A stretch of DNA of 22,025 nt, taken from NCBI RefSeq assembly GCF_006345805.1, contig NW_021823575.1, positions 1 through 22,025 of the forward strand. Direction: 5' to 3'. The notes below the pieces were generated by a model, which was not told the origin of the DNA, searched no databases, and was given only the letters and a program-made list of their open reading frames with translations. The stretch comes from Octopus sinensis. Lineage: Eukaryota. The translations under genes and the position numbers were made by a program. Of this stretch, positions 20,983 through 22,025 are shown piece after piece. Each line of letters starts with the position of its first letter. Within the stretch, counting starts at the first letter, position 1.

Positions 20983-21388
20983 CGACCATGGGATAGAGAA
21001 TAGGAGGCCGGACATAGTGTTAATTGAGAAAGAAAGCAAACGATACTGGATAATAGATATAGCATGCCCTGCTGACAACAAGGTATGCGATAAGGAAGAA
21101 AGAAAAGTAGATAGATGTGACAGGTTAGCTTGGGAAGTTAAGCAGTTGTGGTCGATGAAAAAGGTGGTTGTAGTACCAATAATTGTCGGAGCCCTGGGAT
21201 CAGTGGGCAAAAATCTTGAGAAGTACATGAAATAAATAGGGGCTGCAAAATGGGTGAAGCACTTGCAGATAACAGCACTGCTTAGAACCGCTCGAATACT
21301 CCGGATGGTGCTAAAAAATTTAGAGGTTTTACCTTAGTTCACGGGTAATGAACAGCTGGCACCCTAGTACATCTTCAGCGTTAGAAGT
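20981..21388 (+). mobile_element. 5'-truncated RLE 3' end of a further R4/Dong-like family
   Basis: NRRPDIVLIEK...IIDIACPAD...VVPIIVGALGSV...LQITALLRTARILRMVL; starts directly after (TAA)n. Confidence 0.88.
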
Positions 21389-21389
21389 G

Positions 21390-22025
21390 GGTGAGTGTGT
21401 ATGTGTGTGTGTATGGACGTGTGTATACGTGTGAGACTAACGTGTGTTAGTTGAAGTGTATTTGTCCAGGTTGTATGTGCACGTGTATATGTGTGTGACC
21501 AAATAGTGTTCATGTATTCAATGTGTTTGTGGGCGAAAATTATTTGTGTGTATGCGTGTTACGTGTGTGTGCATATATTGTCTGTGTTCAAGCGTTTTGT
21601 GCTTGTGTGGGTGTGGCAGTGTGCAGGATGTATGTGGTGTGGGTGTTGAGAAATGTTCGGTGCTAGTGTGTGTGGAGTGGGAAGTTAGTTTTGGGTGTGT
21701 ATGTAATGGTATGTGATGGGAGTAATGAATTGAACATTATGTATGGGTGCTTGTATAGTGGTGTATGTGTGGTGAGGGTACTGAGATAAGCGGTATGCAG
21801 GTGTATAGGTGTAAGGGGAAGTTGAATGTGAAAGGTGTGTGGGAATCCGTGTGGGGTTGGTGTCAGATGAAGAGAGACAGTGAGTTGAGCCCATGCGGCA
21901 CAAAGGAATGAAGAGAGAAGATTAATCCATGTTCACGGTGAAGGCGGGAGTCCGGGTGACCCCTCTGTAAAGACAGTTCGAACACAGACAGATGTAGCGA
22001 ATGACTGAGTAGAGCGAACGTGACG
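21390..22025 (-). mobile_element. Penelope-like element 3' part: GIY-YIG endonuclease C-terminus plus CA-rich 3' region (runs off the window)
   Basis: Minus strand 22024-21863: ...SHSLHLSVFELSLQRGHPDSRLHREHGLIFSLHSFVPHGLNSLSLFI*, matching the R..RE..LI..L....P.GLN end of PLE GIY-YIG domains. Confidence 0.75.

Overview
Repeat-dense, AT-rich eukaryotic DNA with no host protein-coding gene that I can support. It is very probably an octopus/cephalopod genome, inferred from the SINE families and the heavy TA/CA/TAA microsatellite load. The window is a mosaic of mobile-element remnants. One near full-length but internally deleted R4/Dong-type RLE non-LTR retrotransposon (16487-20185) and five 3' fragments of such elements are nearly all embedded in (TAA)n. 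There are also RTE and CR1 LINE fragments (one nested with a TSD), three tRNA-derived SINE families, a Tc1/mariner deletion derivative and Penelope-like element (PLE) pieces. The most interesting signal is non-coding: several type I hammerhead ribozyme (HHR)-like motifs. These are (a) a 487-nt terminally redundant, densely base-paired unit with an HHR (15673-16190, retrozyme-like), (b) a 513-bp near-perfect palindrome carrying an HHR on each strand (9859-10371), and (c) a tandem pair of minimal HHR-like motifs (15018-15400). All calls were made by eye; no database search or folding program was run.
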